From positions 30,001-62,000 of IMG/VR virus record IMGVR_UViG_3300015608_001846: 32,000 bases of DNA. One strand, written 5' to 3'. Below are positions 16,877 through 24,674 of this stretch, piece after piece (positions within the stretch are counted from its first letter, which is position 1; the number at the start of each line of letters is the position of its first letter). The position numbers were made by a program, and so were the translations under genes. The notes below the pieces were generated by a model that was not told where the DNA came from, searched no databases, and saw only the letters and a program-made list of their open reading frames with translations. This DNA comes from a virus.

Positions 16877-17032
16877 TCAGCGGTGCTCGAGTTGTTCAAC
16901 ACGTGTCTCCAGGTTGTAGATCCGGATCTGATACGCACAATCCTTCATCAGTAGGATGATGATGCCTAAGGCAAGAGCGACCATGACAGTGTGATCACTG
17001 ACGTCGTTCGTTCGTTGCTGTGTCTTCTTCAC
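16877..17032 (-). CDS. candidate small membrane ORF (below track cutoff)
   Basis: This ORF fills an otherwise 180-nt gap. It gives 51 aa from GTG 17032 or 35 aa from ATG 16984: ..MVALALGIIILLMKDCAYQIRIYNLETRVEQLEHR, one hydrophobic span. There is no further support. Confidence 0.3.
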   Translation of the reverse strand: MKKTQQRTNDVSDHTVMVALALGIIILLMKDCAYQIRIYNLETRVEQLEHR

Positions 17033-17033
17033 G

Positions 17034-18005
17034 TCACACTCTCAGCTTCAGCGTTCGAAACAAAGGCTCGTTGATGGCCCACTCGATCGTACGTTCTAAG
17101 CCATCTGAGAAAGAGACCAGGGGCCTGTACCCAAGGACCTGTTCTGCACGAGACACATCAGCCAACGTATGCATAACGTCTCCAGCACGCCACGGGGTTG
17201 ATTCGACTGTCGCGGCCGGGAATCGTAGCCGTAGCCTGTCGATGATCTCATTGTTAGTCACGCTCTCACCACACGCAACGTTGAAGGGCGCGCCCTTCAA
17301 CTCACCGTCGAATGAACCAGCTCGGATGCATGCATCGACGACGTTATCAACGTAACACATGTCACGTGACTGCGTCCCATCTCCGTCGCTCCGCATCGGT
17401 CGACCGTCGACGATGGCCGACAACCATGCTGAGACAGCGGTGGCATAAGGCGATGATCCCAACTGGTTCGGACCAAAGACGTTGAAGAACCGAAGACACG
17501 CTGAATCTAGACCGTAGAGCTCACTGTACAGTTTGAGGTACTGTTCAATGATCAGCTTTTGCAACGCATAAGGTGACTTTGGTTGCAAGGTTGAGTCTTC
17601 GTGCGTCGCCTGTCCGGCTTCGACGCCGCCGTACACAGAACTAGACGATGCAAACACAAGCCGCTTGACGTTACTTACACACGCATCCATCAACTTTAAG
17701 GTCTTGCTAACGTTGGTCTCGTTCGTCTCTAGAGGATGCTCTACAGAGTAACTGACACGTGGCACTGCTGCCAGGTGAAAGACAACGTCGTACTGCTTGC
17801 GTTTGACAGCGTTCAGTACAGAATCAGACGCAAAGTCACACCAGTGTGCGACCGTGGACGCATCCGTCAAAAACTCCCAACGACCGTTGCTGAGGTCGTC
17901 ACAACCAAAGACCTCCCAATCATCCAGGGTCTGCAATCGGTTAAACAAGTTGCTACCGATGAACCCCGCAGCCCCTGTGACCAGCGCTCTACGCCTCTTA
18001 CGCAT
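17034..18005 (-). CDS. NAD-dependent nucleotide-sugar epimerase/dehydratase (extended SDR)
   Basis: 323 aa. Rossmann motif LVTGAAGFIGSNL, FASSSSVYG, catalytic YxxxK (SPYALQK), and RFFNVFGP. This is closest by eye to 4-epimerase-type enzymes. Confidence 0.8.
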   Translation of the reverse strand: MRKRRRALVTGAAGFIGSNLFNRLQTLDDWEVFGCDDLSNGRWEFLTDASTVAHWCDFASDSVLNAVKRKQYDVVFHLAAVPRVSYSVEHPLETNETNVSKTLKLMDACVSNVKRLVFASSSSVYGGVEAGQATHEDSTLQPKSPYALQKLIIEQYLKLYSELYGLDSACLRFFNVFGPNQLGSSPYATAVSAWLSAIVDGRPMRSDGDGTQSRDMCYVDNVVDACIRAGSFDGELKGAPFNVACGESVTNNEIIDRLRLRFPAATVESTPWRAGDVMHTLADVSRAEQVLGYRPLVSFSDGLERTIEWAINEPLFRTLKLRV

Positions 18006-18037
18006 GCAACCAAACTACACTCAGTCGTTAAACTAGT

Positions 18038-18427
18038 TCAACAGCACAAGGTCGGTCTCAAGGTCACGTATGTGAAGGCAGAGTTCTTGACCCGGCGGCG
18101 GCGCGTTTCGTCAATTGATCTTGTCAGCTCGTCGAGCGCAGTTGCCACAGCAAACATCGACGCCTCTGACCATGCCTGACCCACCTGTACTCGAGCTGAT
18201 TCTAGGTCTGACCAAGCGCGGTCGAGGCACTCAATGATCGAACTTTCGTCGCTAGCTGTGACCAGCTTGACCAGATCGTCATCGGCACCCGCTACGTACA
18301 ATGCCTCTCCGAAACGGCTACGCATGTCTCCGTAGGTCGTCGGCGGCAGCTTGCGCCGTGCATCACGTTCATCAAGAGCAGCTTCGATCTCTTCGCGGAT
18401 CAACTGACGTACGTCATTGACATCCAT
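18038..18427 (-). CDS. hypothetical protein
   Basis: 129 aa, ATG 18427. No family recognised. Confidence 0.6.
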   Translation of the reverse strand: MDVNDVRQLIREEIEAALDERDARRKLPPTTYGDMRSRFGEALYVAGADDDLVKLVTASDESSIIECLDRAWSDLESARVQVGQAWSEASMFAVATALDELTRSIDETRRRRVKNSAFTYVTLRPTLCC

Positions 18428-18629
18428 TTGACGTTAACTATCGTCCCAAGCATGCCGGTTCACAACTGTCCCCGGGACGTACGTGGCCAAACAACAACGT
18501 TCCATTTTTGGCGTCGTCGACGCCAACCCAACCTCTGAAGGTCTTCCTCTGTCAGGCTGCCTAGCAACCCGTGTGGGTGCGAGTTGTCCCTGTCGTCGGT
18601 TTGACAGGTGGGTCTTGTGCATCGATTTT

Positions 18630-18893
18630 TCACCCGATCTCTTCCTCTTGTGTCGTTGTCGTCAGATGGATTGATGCTAACATTTGTCGCTTTTCGTCAT
18701 CGAGCAACTTAAGATCGATCTCAAAAAACGCAGCAAGGAGGTCTTTCAACGTTAGGTCTGACACCGGCGTATCATCACGCCACGAAAGTCGAATGTCGTG
18801 GTGGTCACGTAACCACTGTAAAAAATCATAGATTGATTGTGACTGGTCCTTGATGAGTGCTAGCGCCGCGTGTTGAGGATAGCGACCTGTCAT
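18630..18893 (-). CDS. hypothetical protein
   Basis: 87 aa, with an ATGA overlap with the upstream glycosyltransferase-like ORF. No family recognised. Confidence 0.55.
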   Translation of the reverse strand: MTGRYPQHAALALIKDQSQSIYDFLQWLRDHHDIRLSWRDDTPVSDLTLKDLLAAFFEIDLKLLDDEKRQMLASIHLTTTTQEEEIG

Positions 18894-20182
18894 AGCCCCA
18901 TGCGTTCCATGGCTGATGTTGTTGTCGACTCAAACGAACAACGCTGACGCACAACGCGTTGCAATGACCTTACATCGTGACGGCTTTGTTCGAGGCCGAC
19001 GTTGTCTAACATGTGACACAACCCATCGACCAAGTCAGAAAAGTCAGGCTTGCACAAAACACCTGGCGTTTGGGCCTCACGAGCGATCGTAGAATATTCG
19101 TAGTTATCGAGCCACAGTGGCATACATCCTAGCTCAACGCATTCTCGAGCAGCGGTACCGCCGTACGAATCCTGATCGTATAGGCCGAGGGCGATGTCGG
19201 CTTCACGAGCGACAACCTTGAATTCATCACGCGTGAACGCATCTGGCACCAGGCTGACGTAACCGTTTGGCCCACACTCTTTGGTGAGTTCTTCGTTGGA
19301 AAACTTCTGGCTGGGGTTGCCAGCGATGACAACAAAGTCCTGTCTCAACTTCCGCAGCTCCGGCAGCAGCTCGAACATGAACTTCCCACAGTTGGTGTAA
19401 TCGCTCGACCTGCCCCTGCCCCCGATGCGGTTGGGAACAAAGATGATGCGCTTGCCTGCGTTCTTCCACTCACGCAGGCGCCCCGGGTCAAACCTGACGT
19501 CGTCGACGACGACCGGAGACGTGATCTCAGTTGCTGAGTACCCGTCGTCCCAAGGCTGTGACTTTTCTGCCACCTCGAGCACGAGGTCAGGGAGGAACTG
19601 GCGTCCCATCGATTGAAAGAAAACATTCATCGATGACTCACACTGCCAGAAGTTGACGTCAGCCTTGATGGCGGCTTCACACTGTCCCAACCACAACGAT
19701 GCTTCAGTCGGAAACTTCGGACACTCTAGATTGTCAATGAAATGGTTGTGAACGATGAACTTGGGCTGGCGCTTCTGCACTACGTGGAACAACGCCTTGA
19801 ACGCACGTAGGTGCATCGGATCATTGATGTACACTGCCGTGTACGGCTCCTGGCCGACCAGTTTGGCCATGGCACGCCAATCAAAGTCGTACCGAGTCAC
19901 CAGCGCATTACTGATGATGTTGTGTGGCCGGTACTGGAGACGCCCGTCACCGTCGGGACCATGCGCATCCCACAATTCTGAATTGATCTGCGCTGGATCA
20001 TTGATCACCTGACGGGGTGCCTCCAACAGCGGTCCAGTGATGTCGATGTGAAGCTCGGGATCGAGTTTCAACATCTCGCGACACCGGTTGATGCACATCT
20101 GCCAACCAGAATCGCATTCAAGTAGAAACTTACCTTTTGTATCGTAGTTCGAGAGCTGCGTCTGCACCAGCATGCGCTTCAT
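18890..20182 (-). CDS. GT-B fold glycosyltransferase-like protein
   Basis: 430 aa. The C-terminal half resembles GT1/GT4 donor-binding domains: IIFVPNRIGGRG, VVIAGNP, ADIALGLYDQDSYGGTAARECVELGCMPL (E-x7-E-like). The N-terminal half is not recognisable. Confidence 0.5.
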   Translation of the reverse strand: MKRMLVQTQLSNYDTKGKFLLECDSGWQMCINRCREMLKLDPELHIDITGPLLEAPRQVINDPAQINSELWDAHGPDGDGRLQYRPHNIISNALVTRYDFDWRAMAKLVGQEPYTAVYINDPMHLRAFKALFHVVQKRQPKFIVHNHFIDNLECPKFPTEASLWLGQCEAAIKADVNFWQCESSMNVFFQSMGRQFLPDLVLEVAEKSQPWDDGYSATEITSPVVVDDVRFDPGRLREWKNAGKRIIFVPNRIGGRGRSSDYTNCGKFMFELLPELRKLRQDFVVIAGNPSQKFSNEELTKECGPNGYVSLVPDAFTRDEFKVVAREADIALGLYDQDSYGGTAARECVELGCMPLWLDNYEYSTIAREAQTPGVLCKPDFSDLVDGLCHMLDNVGLEQSRHDVRSLQRVVRQRCSFESTTTSAMERMGL

Positions 20183-20214
20183 GTCATCACCCTACACCAA
20201 GATCGACGATCAGT

Positions 20215-20406
20215 TCACCACGGCAGTTGGATGCCGAATCCCAGGCCTTCGCCCAGGTTGGCCCAGCGATTGACGTACGTCGAGCCATCATCGCGGGTGA
20301 ACGTCATCTTGTAAAATGTAATGAGGCACCTCCCAAAGACGATGACGCGCCAGCGGACGATGTCGGTCTTGACAGGAGTCCCCTTGAATTCCTTCTTCTC
20401 AATCAT
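20215..20406 (-). CDS. small hypothetical protein, intact copy of a duplicated gene
   Basis: 63 aa. ATG 20406 lies in an ATGATTGA overlap with the upstream stop. Paralogous to the broken copy at 21070..21311 (KTDIVRW, KMTFTRDDGSTYVNRW). Confidence 0.6.
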   Translation of the reverse strand: MIEKKEFKGTPVKTDIVRWRVIVFGRCLITFYKMTFTRDDGSTYVNRWANLGEGLGFGIQLPW

Positions 20407-20674
20407 CTTTAATCACCTCAAGTTCAACGACTGCGTCGAAACACATGTCATGGTTTCGATGGCCGAGATACCATTCTCGTGTCTCGAGCACGTGGGTGAC
20501 ATTGACAACGACGAATCGATTTTCCATCGATGACGTTTGAGGATCCCTCACATCAAATTCGACATGCCTGACAACGTGTTCACCGATCTGTGGAATCTGA
20601 TCAGAGCTGTGCATAAATGACCGCTGCGCAAAATGGGGCGCGCCCTTTTGGTTCACGATGTATCTAATTTTCAT
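20399..20674 (-). CDS. hypothetical protein
   Basis: 91 aa from ATG 20674 (ATGA overlap with the upstream stop; GGAG 10 nt upstream; track start TTG 20692). Confidence 0.6.
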   Translation of the reverse strand: MKIRYIVNQKGAPHFAQRSFMHSSDQIPQIGEHVVRHVEFDVRDPQTSSMENRFVVVNVTHVLETREWYLGHRNHDMCFDAVVELEVIKDD

Positions 20675-20994
20675 TGGTGGTACTCCACACAATCCTTCAT
20701 GTCACAACGATGGTACACACAGAAGACGCCCGTCGAATCAGACCGTTTCAGGGCCTCATCCGCCAACCGGCAGACGACTCGCATATTGTATACGTGCATC
20801 GCAGCGACCCTGAGGTCTTCATCGTACCGTTCGTAGGCACCGACGAACCGATCATCATCGGGAGGTATCGTGCCAACGAAGGCTAGCAACTGTTCATCGG
20901 ACTGTTCCTCGAAGATCGTCTTGATACGATCCTGGTACTCGATGAACGCCTCGGCCAACTGCTCCATCACATCATGTTCGAGTCGTTCGCTCAT
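20671..20994 (-). CDS. hypothetical protein
   Basis: 107 aa from ATG 20994 (track start TTG 21021). No family recognised. Confidence 0.55.
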   Translation of the reverse strand: MSERLEHDVMEQLAEAFIEYQDRIKTIFEEQSDEQLLAFVGTIPPDDDRFVGAYERYDEDLRVAAMHVYNMRVVCRLADEALKRSDSTGVFCVYHRCDMKDCVEYHQ

Positions 20995-21069
20995 CTTTTC
21001 TCTTCGGACGCGCAGCGTCAATCTCCGCCTTGATGGTTATGAACCACAATACCATTGACAGGAACGATA

Positions 21070-21311
21070 TCATTGTACTTCAGGCTTGAGCTCGTGGATC
21101 ACAGTGAACATGTCACTTTCATCACGGCAGGTGTATGCCATGTCAACATCAGAACCCACGTAGATCCAACGGTTGACGTATGAGTCACCGTTCGTACATG
21201 TGAATTTCATCCGGTATATACCGTCGCAAAGTGCCATCCGAACACGGTCAGTTTCCACCTGACGATGTCGGTCTTGAATGAGACGCCTTCGATATCAGTC
21301 CTGTCAATCAT
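21070..21311 (-). pseudogene. frameshifted paralogue of ORF 20215..20406
   Basis: ATG 21311 (same ATGATTGA overlap as the intact copy) opens MIDRTDIEGVSFKTDIVRWKLTVFGW.., which stops at 21207. The rest of the homology (..ALCDGIYRMKFTCTNGDSYVNRW..) continues in the -1 frame as track ORF 21070..21258. The 15-nt string aagaccgacatcgtc is identical in both copies. Confidence 0.55.
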
Positions 21312-21714
21312 GAGTTTTTTCGTTATAGACAAATTCTGTGATGGGATCCAGCGTCTCTCGCTCATTGATCATGATGATACCACTGTTCCACCACCAAACG
21401 AAGACGCAATCGGCCTTTACGCCCTTGTCGTTCAACAATCCAAGGCGAACACCTACGTCACCGATGACAGTACCAAACGTACGCTCTGGAATCCTTAAAA
21501 AGGAAGCATCGATCGATTGATGCGTGTCAGCGGCCCAGGCTCTTCGCCATCTAGACCACGTTGACATGTACAAAGGAGCGACGATGGCACCGGGAAACAC
21601 ATGAGTCGAGCGCCACAGCGCACAGTATCTGCACGCGCAGGGCTCTGAATGGCGAGGGCGCGGTTCAAGTCTGACCCTGGCTTCCAGCGAATAGATTGCT
21701 TCAGAAAAACGCAT
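21304..21714 (-). CDS. hypothetical protein
   Basis: 136 aa. ATG 21714 directly abuts the stop of the exonuclease gene. No family recognised. Confidence 0.55.
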   Translation of the reverse strand: MRFSEAIYSLEARVRLEPRPRHSEPCACRYCALWRSTHVFPGAIVAPLYMSTWSRWRRAWAADTHQSIDASFLRIPERTFGTVIGDVGVRLGLLNDKGVKADCVFVWWWNSGIIMINERETLDPITEFVYNEKTHD

Positions 21715-22305
21715 TCATTTGACTGTGATTGTGTCGTACAGGGCTCCCCCACCGACGTCTCGGAAGTGATCTTGCAACCACTGATCGCACTGTCGACAAT
21801 GCTCAATCGATTCAATCACATCGTCGACCGCGCGATGGGCTTCTCCCTTGGGGAAGGGTGACATCCCCTTGCTTTGGCAGAACAGCTTGACGGTCGATAC
21901 GTCAAAGATCCGGTGTGACATGCGTGACATGACGGTCGGCATGTCACGCATCAAGAAGCTCATGTCAAAGTGGACGCTGCTGCCAGCTAACATCCACATG
22001 TCAGCACGGTTAGCGACAACAGGCACCAATTCAAGAAGATCACGTTCAACGTCAGCGATCGTCACTGTTGAGGCGGCAGCCTCGAGCAACAAGCCATTTT
22101 CAGTGTGCGTTTTCAACACCCACGGGTCAAGCTTGTCCCAGTTATCCCGGGCATAGTGTAACACGGTGTGGTACGCTGGTTTAGCCTGATACGGGCTACG
22201 TACGTCAGCTACCGACACTGCAACTTCCAGGACCTGGTCGTGTTGTCGATCGAGGCCCGTGGTCTCGATGTCTAACCAGAGGAGCTTCATCTCAGGATTC
22301 CTCAT
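21715..22305 (-). CDS. orn: oligoribonuclease-like DEDDh 3'-5' exonuclease
   Basis: 196 aa from ATG 22305, or 191 aa from ATG 22290. LLWLDIETTGLD (Exo I), KTHTENGL, AGSSVHFDMSFL (Exo II), HRIFDVSTVK and HRAVDDVIES (Exo III with His) track E. coli Orn block for block. Confidence 0.85.
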   Translation of the reverse strand: MRNPEMKLLWLDIETTGLDRQHDQVLEVAVSVADVRSPYQAKPAYHTVLHYARDNWDKLDPWVLKTHTENGLLLEAAASTVTIADVERDLLELVPVVANRADMWMLAGSSVHFDMSFLMRDMPTVMSRMSHRIFDVSTVKLFCQSKGMSPFPKGEAHRAVDDVIESIEHCRQCDQWLQDHFRDVGGGALYDTITVK

Positions 22306-22609
22306 TCTTCTTTGAGGCTTCTTCGTCCTGGCTACGAAGGTCGATCAGCGCCTGCGCAAACTCTGCATCGACCTTCGCCTGATCGTAGCCCACGACGTCC
22401 TTGAGGTCCTGCAAGAACTGTTCGACTAGGAACGAACAGACGATCTTCCCTGATCCATCTGGGTTGTTTGATAGGATCCCAAACAGGACCTGTGCACTGG
22501 GGGACTCCATCACAGCGCCCTTCACTGCAATGTCAAGGAACGGTAGCACCGCCTGCAACCTGCCCAAAGCCGTCTCACCCTCAGTGTCCACGTTCGTTTC
22601 ATCAGTCAT
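22292..22609 (-). CDS. acidic hypothetical protein
   Basis: 105 aa. ATG 22609 has a strong AGGAGG about 6 nt upstream. Confidence 0.65.
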   Translation of the reverse strand: MTDETNVDTEGETALGRLQAVLPFLDIAVKGAVMESPSAQVLFGILSNNPDGSGKIVCSFLVEQFLQDLKDVVGYDQAKVDAEFAQALIDLRSQDEEASKKNEES

Positions 22610-22634
22610 CTCATTCCTCCTACGTTAATGATTG

Positions 22635-23243
22635 TTACGCTGACAGCATCATAGACCGTTCAAGCTCAGTGTAACCCATGAATCGCAGGACCTCGTCGGT
22701 CTCCCGATCGAGGTCCTCATCGTCGACGTTCAACACCATCGATTCACACTTGGTGTAACCTTCAACGAAGTACATGTACGCCCTTGATAGCTGTGTCAAC
22801 CGTGTTGAGTCGAGATTGGGATCGATGTCATCAACGATCCCATCGTAGCTTGACCGGACGCAGAGGACGATCTGTGCGCCCAATTCTGCGTAAGCGTTGT
22901 CAGCTGCGGCGATGGCCACGTAATCAGTCTCACGCTGGAGGACTGACGAGTAGACGAGCTCACACGGATACCCACGATCAAAGATGATCGAGTACCCCGT
23001 CTGACGAAGCACGTCGGCGACCCTGGGATCAGCGTATCGTAGTTCATTAACGAACCTATCCTTTCTTGACAGGTAGGTCGATCGCTCTAAGGAGGCCTTA
23101 AAGTAAGGAATCCCCGTCAATCGTGACACGTTCTGTGCGATGTTGGTTTTTCCCGTCATGTCAGGGCCGACAAAAAAGGTGACACGTTGGACATCGAGCA
23201 CCCGACCCGTCCGTAGATCTAACAGACCACGCATGGACCCCAT
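22635..23243 (-). CDS. P-loop nucleoside/nucleotide kinase (thymidylate/deoxynucleoside kinase-like)
   Basis: 202 aa. Walker A FFVGPDMTGKT and an FDRGYPCELVYS block like the DR(Y/S) substrate motif of dNMP/dN kinases. It does not look like T4 gp1. Confidence 0.55.
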   Translation of the reverse strand: MGSMRGLLDLRTGRVLDVQRVTFFVGPDMTGKTNIAQNVSRLTGIPYFKASLERSTYLSRKDRFVNELRYADPRVADVLRQTGYSIIFDRGYPCELVYSSVLQRETDYVAIAAADNAYAELGAQIVLCVRSSYDGIVDDIDPNLDSTRLTQLSRAYMYFVEGYTKCESMVLNVDDEDLDRETDEVLRFMGYTELERSMMLSA

Positions 23244-23266
23244 CTTCTACCTTGCTCAACCCGTGT

Positions 23267-23821
23267 TCACTGCACCTGTTCGTAATTCACGTACGTGCCG
23301 TGGCAGCCTGTCCCAACACGTACGTGACCCAAGTGTTCGCAGAAGACCAGGTACTGCGCAGTCTCGTGTTCAATGACGACGATGGTGCCGGTTTCAGTCT
23401 CACCTTTTGCACGAGAAAAGGTGACCTGGTCACCGATGCGGTGCCTTGGCGTCACGTTGTTCGAGCGGACCCAGTCTTTCACGGTCTTGCGGTGGATCGC
23501 ATAGCGTTTGGCAGCCACCTCGCTCATCAGGTCGACAAGCCGAGCGTCGACGGTCCACGTCCGCGACTCAAGCGATCGACAGATCTCATACGCATCATCG
23601 GTGAGTTCAATCGACTCGATCAGGTCAGCTCGGACGTCGCTGATCATCTCCTCATCAAAGACGGTTGAGGCCGAATTGAGCTCAGACTTCAGGTATGCAA
23701 TCACCTTGGGCAACAAGGCCTCGACGGTCTCACGAGAGACCTCGAGGTCAAAAAGCGCTGGACGTTTGGGAGCAATCATGATCGATTTTACCTCGCATGG
23801 CGCGCCATGCACCATGTGCAC
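23267..23821 (-). CDS. hypothetical protein
   Basis: 184 aa from the track start GTG 23821; ATGs at 23815 and 23779. It overlaps the end of the GIY-YIG ORF. No family recognised. Confidence 0.55.
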   Translation of the reverse strand: MHMVHGAPCEVKSIMIAPKRPALFDLEVSRETVEALLPKVIAYLKSELNSASTVFDEEMISDVRADLIESIELTDDAYEICRSLESRTWTVDARLVDLMSEVAAKRYAIHRKTVKDWVRSNNVTPRHRIGDQVTFSRAKGETETGTIVVIEHETAQYLVFCEHLGHVRVGTGCHGTYVNYEQVQ

Positions 23822-24674
23822 ACGACTTGGTTGACAGCGCCAAGCGACCGTCGATGACCCTGTTCACTGTCGATGGTCGTACACCGCACGATGTCGCAAT
23901 TGTTCGCAGATCAACGCCTTGTGCATGCAGCCCCAGGATCTCAATCACCGGAACGACGAACTGTCGACTGTCGTCGTTGGCTATGCACTTGACTGCGTAG
24001 TAAGAAATGTTCCAAGCGTCAGCAACCTGACGCGGACTGTTTCCCAATGACGATAGCTGCGCCTTGACAGATTGAACGTCGGCAGGCACAACGACAACGT
24101 TTGATCTCTTGGAACCTAGGTGAGCCAGTGATCGTCGGCGGCGGGCTTCAGTCGTTCTCATCGATTCGCACATGAGGTCTCTGTTCGAGCGCCACTGCTC
24201 AGAGCACCGTTCGCTTCTGATCGTGCGAAGTTCTGCCGTGTACGAGCTGCCCACCGCACGAGAAAGCGATCGTTTGTACTCAGGTGAAGCACGAACAATT
24301 GTCATGTCGACCTTCGATAGGGACTCCTTTACGCGCCTTGAGATTTTCTGTCGAACCTCGAGCGTCGGCGAGCTACCTCCTAAACCTCCACTCGTTTCAT
24401 TGTAGAGGCGCTCTCCGGCGTCAGAGAGTTGCTCGCACAGCGCCATTTCAAAGGCGAAGGCTGACGGTTCATCGATGAAGCTTTGGACGATCGTCAGGTC
24501 AAAATTGGCACACCCATACGTCATGATCGCACGGTGAAATGTTAACGTCGATCCCTTCATGGCGTCGCGACAGTGTCGACGCCAGCGTCTGTGTGGATGG
24601 ATCGATTTTCCGACGTACTTGTGACCATTCGTCAGATTGGTCACAACGTAGACGAATGCCTCACGTTGTGACAT
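23748..24674 (-). CDS. free-standing GIY-YIG homing endonuclease (Seg/I-TevI-like)
   Basis: 308 aa. GIY-YIG core FVYVVTNLTNGHKYVGKS, RRWRRH, FEMALCE, LYNETSGG. NUMOD3-like repeats (SPTLEVRQKISRRV, SPEYKRSLSRAV) and a C-terminal HTH (GVDLRTIATSCGVRPSTVNRVI). Confidence 0.85.
   Translation of the reverse strand: MSQREAFVYVVTNLTNGHKYVGKSIHPHRRWRRHCRDAMKGSTLTFHRAIMTYGCANFDLTIVQSFIDEPSAFAFEMALCEQLSDAGERLYNETSGGLGGSSPTLEVRQKISRRVKESLSKVDMTIVRASPEYKRSLSRAVGSSYTAELRTIRSERCSEQWRSNRDLMCESMRTTEARRRRSLAHLGSKRSNVVVVPADVQSVKAQLSSLGNSPRQVADAWNISYYAVKCIANDDSRQFVVPVIEILGLHAQGVDLRTIATSCGVRPSTVNRVIDGRLALSTKSCAHGAWRAMRGKIDHDCSQTSSAF

Noticed and set aside
18505-18524. The hairpin GGCGTCGTCGACGCC next to a T5 run, as a rho-independent terminator.
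   Set aside because: The T run precedes the stem on the plus strand. On the transcribed minus strand the stem is followed by an A run. Neither orientation makes a canonical terminator.
18428-18629. A tRNA or other structured RNA gene in the largest gap.
   Set aside because: There is no GTTCRANYC T-loop with a matching stem and no cloverleaf arrangement on either strand.
21207-21258. Programmed -1 ribosomal frameshift joining the two halves of the broken paralogue.
   Set aside because: There is no X-XXY-YYZ slippery heptamer in the overlap (..agg tgg aaa ctg acc gtg ttc gga tgg..) and no obvious downstream stimulatory structure. A simple indel fits better.
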